Below are positions 61,514 through 64,000 of a stretch of 64,000 nt of DNA, piece after piece. Numbering within the stretch: position 1 is the stretch's first letter; every line of letters starts with the position of its first letter. The notes under the pieces are model-generated. The model was not told where the DNA came from. It saw nothing but the letters and a program-made list of their open reading frames with translations, and made no database searches. The translations under genes were made by a program, and so were the position numbers. The stretch is from Podarcis filfolensis (Eukaryota), in assembly GCA_964270895.1 (NCBI GenBank), contig OZ185437.1. One strand, 5' to 3'.

Positions 61514-61968
61514 TGTCAGGTGCTGGTGGTGGTTGCTTGTGAGTAACCAGGCAGGACTCCGACCTGTCTTTTACAGGTTTTATTGGTGCAAACCATGTAC
61601 AGTGCAGAAACCCAAAGTTCATGTCTGTCTTAGTCCCTTGCAGATTCTGGGGAGTGCCCCTTTCCAGTTTCTCCCCCAGCATAAGAACTTGGACACCCCA
61701 AATCTCCGCCTCCCCTCCTTACGTTTCAACCCTCTGCGCATCAGGGTGACGGAAGCAGAGTGCCTCCTGGCTGGCTGGGCTAGGTGAGGCGCTTGGGCTC
61801 TCAGAAGCATCTTCGAGCTTTCCCTTCACTCGGCTATCCCCTTCCCCCCCTGCTTCACTGGAGATGTGGCCTTCTCCACTGCCGGACGAGGAGCTGCTTC
61901 TCAGAAGCTTCAGAAGCTTTCGGTATTCCCCTGCTTCCCTCCCCCGTTCTGATGGCAGTCCCCTGACA
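61514..61968 (-). mobile_element. Solo LTR, 455 bp
   Basis: Inverted termini are TGTCAGG...CCTGACA. A perfect 5-bp TSD GGTTG lies at 61509..61513 and 61969..61973. A minus-strand AATAAA is near 61580. Confidence 0.85.
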
Positions 61969-62146
61969 GGTTGGTCCAACATGTAGAGTGCTGTGTTTGA
62001 AATCTCTTGAGGGTGACACACCACCACAAACTATGAGCATTACGGAGTCCCTCTTAAATGATGTCTTTGAAGATAGGGCAATCCCCTCCTCTGAAGTAAT
62101 TCTTAATACATTAACAATTTTATATAGGTCTGGCTAAACATAAATA

Positions 62147-62379
62147 CAGTGGTAACTCGGTTTTCGAACGTAATCCATTCTGGAAGACTGTTCAGGTTCT
62201 GAAACATTCGGAGACCAAAAACTCAATAGCCGACAGCTAGGCCTAAGGATCTTGTGCTCGGCGGATGGCATGTTCGACTTTTGAGGTGTGTTTGAAAACC
62301 AAAACATTTACTTCCAGGTTTTGGAGTTGGAAATCGAAATGCTCATCAATGGAGACGTTCAAAAACCTAGGTACCACTA
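62147..62379. mobile_element. Tc1/mariner (Tigger-like) MITE, decayed
   Basis: It reads TA|CAGTGGTAACTCGG ... CCTAGGTACCACTA. Confidence 0.7.
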
Positions 62380-62929
62380 TTCCATTTTTTTATTGTCAAA
62401 TTTTTCTTTATTTGTCTCCCTGTCATCAGTAATGCAAAAATGTGGCCGATGAATTAATTAAATAAGAATGATTGAATTTATCCAGCTGTACTCTTCCACA
62501 AATGGAAGGAGTGCTTCTAATTTCCTAAGAGTTTTTGATCTAATAGATACCACGACTAACAGGAGAAGGGGCTGATTCTCACCAATTCCCTCTTCCTCTT
62601 GCATCCCCCAGTGCCACCCTGTTCTGGAGTTTTACCTTGTTATCATCAAGAGTAGATTTTCAGGGGCCACTACAGACTCCAAGAGGAAGAGAAAATCTGA
62701 AAAATCAGATCCTCTTCCATTAACAGGGGCTTTTAATGAACCAAAAGCTCTACTGTGAATGGAAGAATGCAACTGGATCTTATCCAACAGTTCTTAAGGA
62801 AGAAACATACTTCTTTGTTTTTTAGATGAACAGAGCCTTCTTTAGCATATGCACCAATGGGGTACAAAGATCCAGCGCCCCAAAATTTTGACACGACTGA
62901 TCTCCTGACTAACTACTTCCCACATTCCT

Positions 62930-63320
62930 GGGAAAGGCAAGCGCCAGGCAAGCTCTGCACGTGCCCTGGGTGAAAACTGTGTTGTATGCTGGATGGAGCC
63001 ATGGAAAAGCCATGTGGAGTGTAGCTCTGCATGCTGGGCCCCAAAGCCCAGACCAGACCAGCCTGGGGCTGCATGGCGGGGCTCCTTACATTTCTCCTTC
63101 CTCTCTGGCTGCCTGTTTGGAGCAGCGGGTCAAGCTTGGTCATGCTGGGGGCAGCGCGGAGCCTTTTCCTCTGGCGCGCCTGGTGCATATGGACAGTGGT
63201 GGCAGCCCACAGATTGGCTGTGCCAGACCGAGGAGTGTTGCAAAGTTGGAGCGAATCAAATCACTGCTGGGCCCCGTGGCTGAGCAGCCCAGGGAAATCC
63301 CTGGGGGAGGGAGTGGCCTT
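62930..63320 (-). promoter_or_regulatory. GC/CpG-enriched, non-repetitive segment; possible promoter and first exon on the minus strand
   Basis: GC and CpG rise locally. A CCAAT box (CAGCCAATC) lies near 63212-63220, an ATG at 63143 and a GTAAGG donor at 63089..63084. Confidence 0.3.
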
Positions 63321-63333
63321 GCATCGCCTTCTC

Positions 63334-64000
63334 TTTTTTTTTTTTTAAAAAAAAGATATTTATTAAAGTTTCAAAAAAGGTTACAAAATAAGAAAAAAAC
63401 AAAAGAGAAAAAAGAAAAAATACAAAGTACAGAAAAATACAAACAATTAAAAACAAATCAATCTTTTCATATCTTGTCTTTCATTTACTTGTTTCCCTGA
63501 CCTCCTCACACCTCCCTTTTTTGTATTCCAGTTCAGTTAGTTAATTCAGCAAATCCTTTCCCTCCTTGTTTTTATCTTAATCCTTTACCTTAATATATTA
63601 TAACTTTACATTCTCACCTGTTAACAATCCATTTTTTACATACTCCTTTATAACATTGCTGCTAAAACCACTTAACTTCCTTCCGACATCATTCTAACAT
63701 TCATTAATTTTGCAGTATTTCTGAAGATAGTCTTTAAATTTCTTCCAATCTTCATCCACCAACTCTTCTCCCTGGTCTCGGATTCTGCCAGTCATTTCCG
63801 CCAGTTCCATATAGTCCATCACCTTCATCTGCCATTCTTCCAGGGTGGGTAGATCTTGTGTCTTCCAATACTTTGCAATAAGTATTCTTGCTGCTGTTGT
63901 AGCATACATAAAGAAAGTTCTATCCTTCTTTGGCACCAATTGGCCGACCATGCCCAGGAGAAAGGCCTCTGGTTTCTTCAGGAAGGTGTATTTAAATACC
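63334..64000 (-). mobile_element. Young L1 3' end (ORF2 C-terminus, 3'UTR, poly(A)), continuing past the window edge
   Basis: The intact frame reads FFMYATTAARILIAKYWKTQDLPTLEEWQMKVMDYMELAEMTGRIRDQGEELVDEDWKKFKDYLQKYC. A poly(T) starts at 63334. Confidence 0.88.

Noticed and set aside
1-64000. Most 60-170 aa ORFs in the supplied track
   Set aside because: They show no recognisable domains and are of a length expected by chance. Many lie in microsatellites, SINEs or antisense to LINE ORFs.
1-64000. CRISPR array, rRNA gene or prokaryote-style operon
   Set aside because: There are no regularly spaced repeats with unique spacers and no rRNA-like sequence. The DNA is clearly vertebrate.

Overview
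This is vertebrate genomic DNA, almost certainly a squamate and probably a lacertid lizard. That assignment is inferred from Sauria-type SINEs with (ACCTTT)-like tails, Bov-B/RTE fragments, squamate-style L2/CR1/L1 LINEs and a tRNA-Lys-derived SINE. The window is AT-rich and intron- or intergenic-like, and much of it is transposable-element debris. The only long intact ORF is a 411-aa reverse-transcriptase frame from a young, 5'-truncated L2-type LINE (48352..49587, minus). I could not identify any host protein-coding gene by homology. Several short splice-site-bounded segments can be chained in phase into a tentative minus-strand gene (about 63.1 kb to 18.8 kb), but this is a low-confidence hypothesis picked by eye. 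The best-supported structural observations are a near-identical inverted L2 pair about 5.8 kb apart, several nested insertions with readable target-site duplications, a SINE with a diverged 114-bp internal tandem duplication, a 58-bp Bov-B insertion with a 12-bp TSD and a solo LTR with a 5-bp TSD. I found no CRISPR array, rRNA gene, true tRNA gene or clearly novel multi-gene system.
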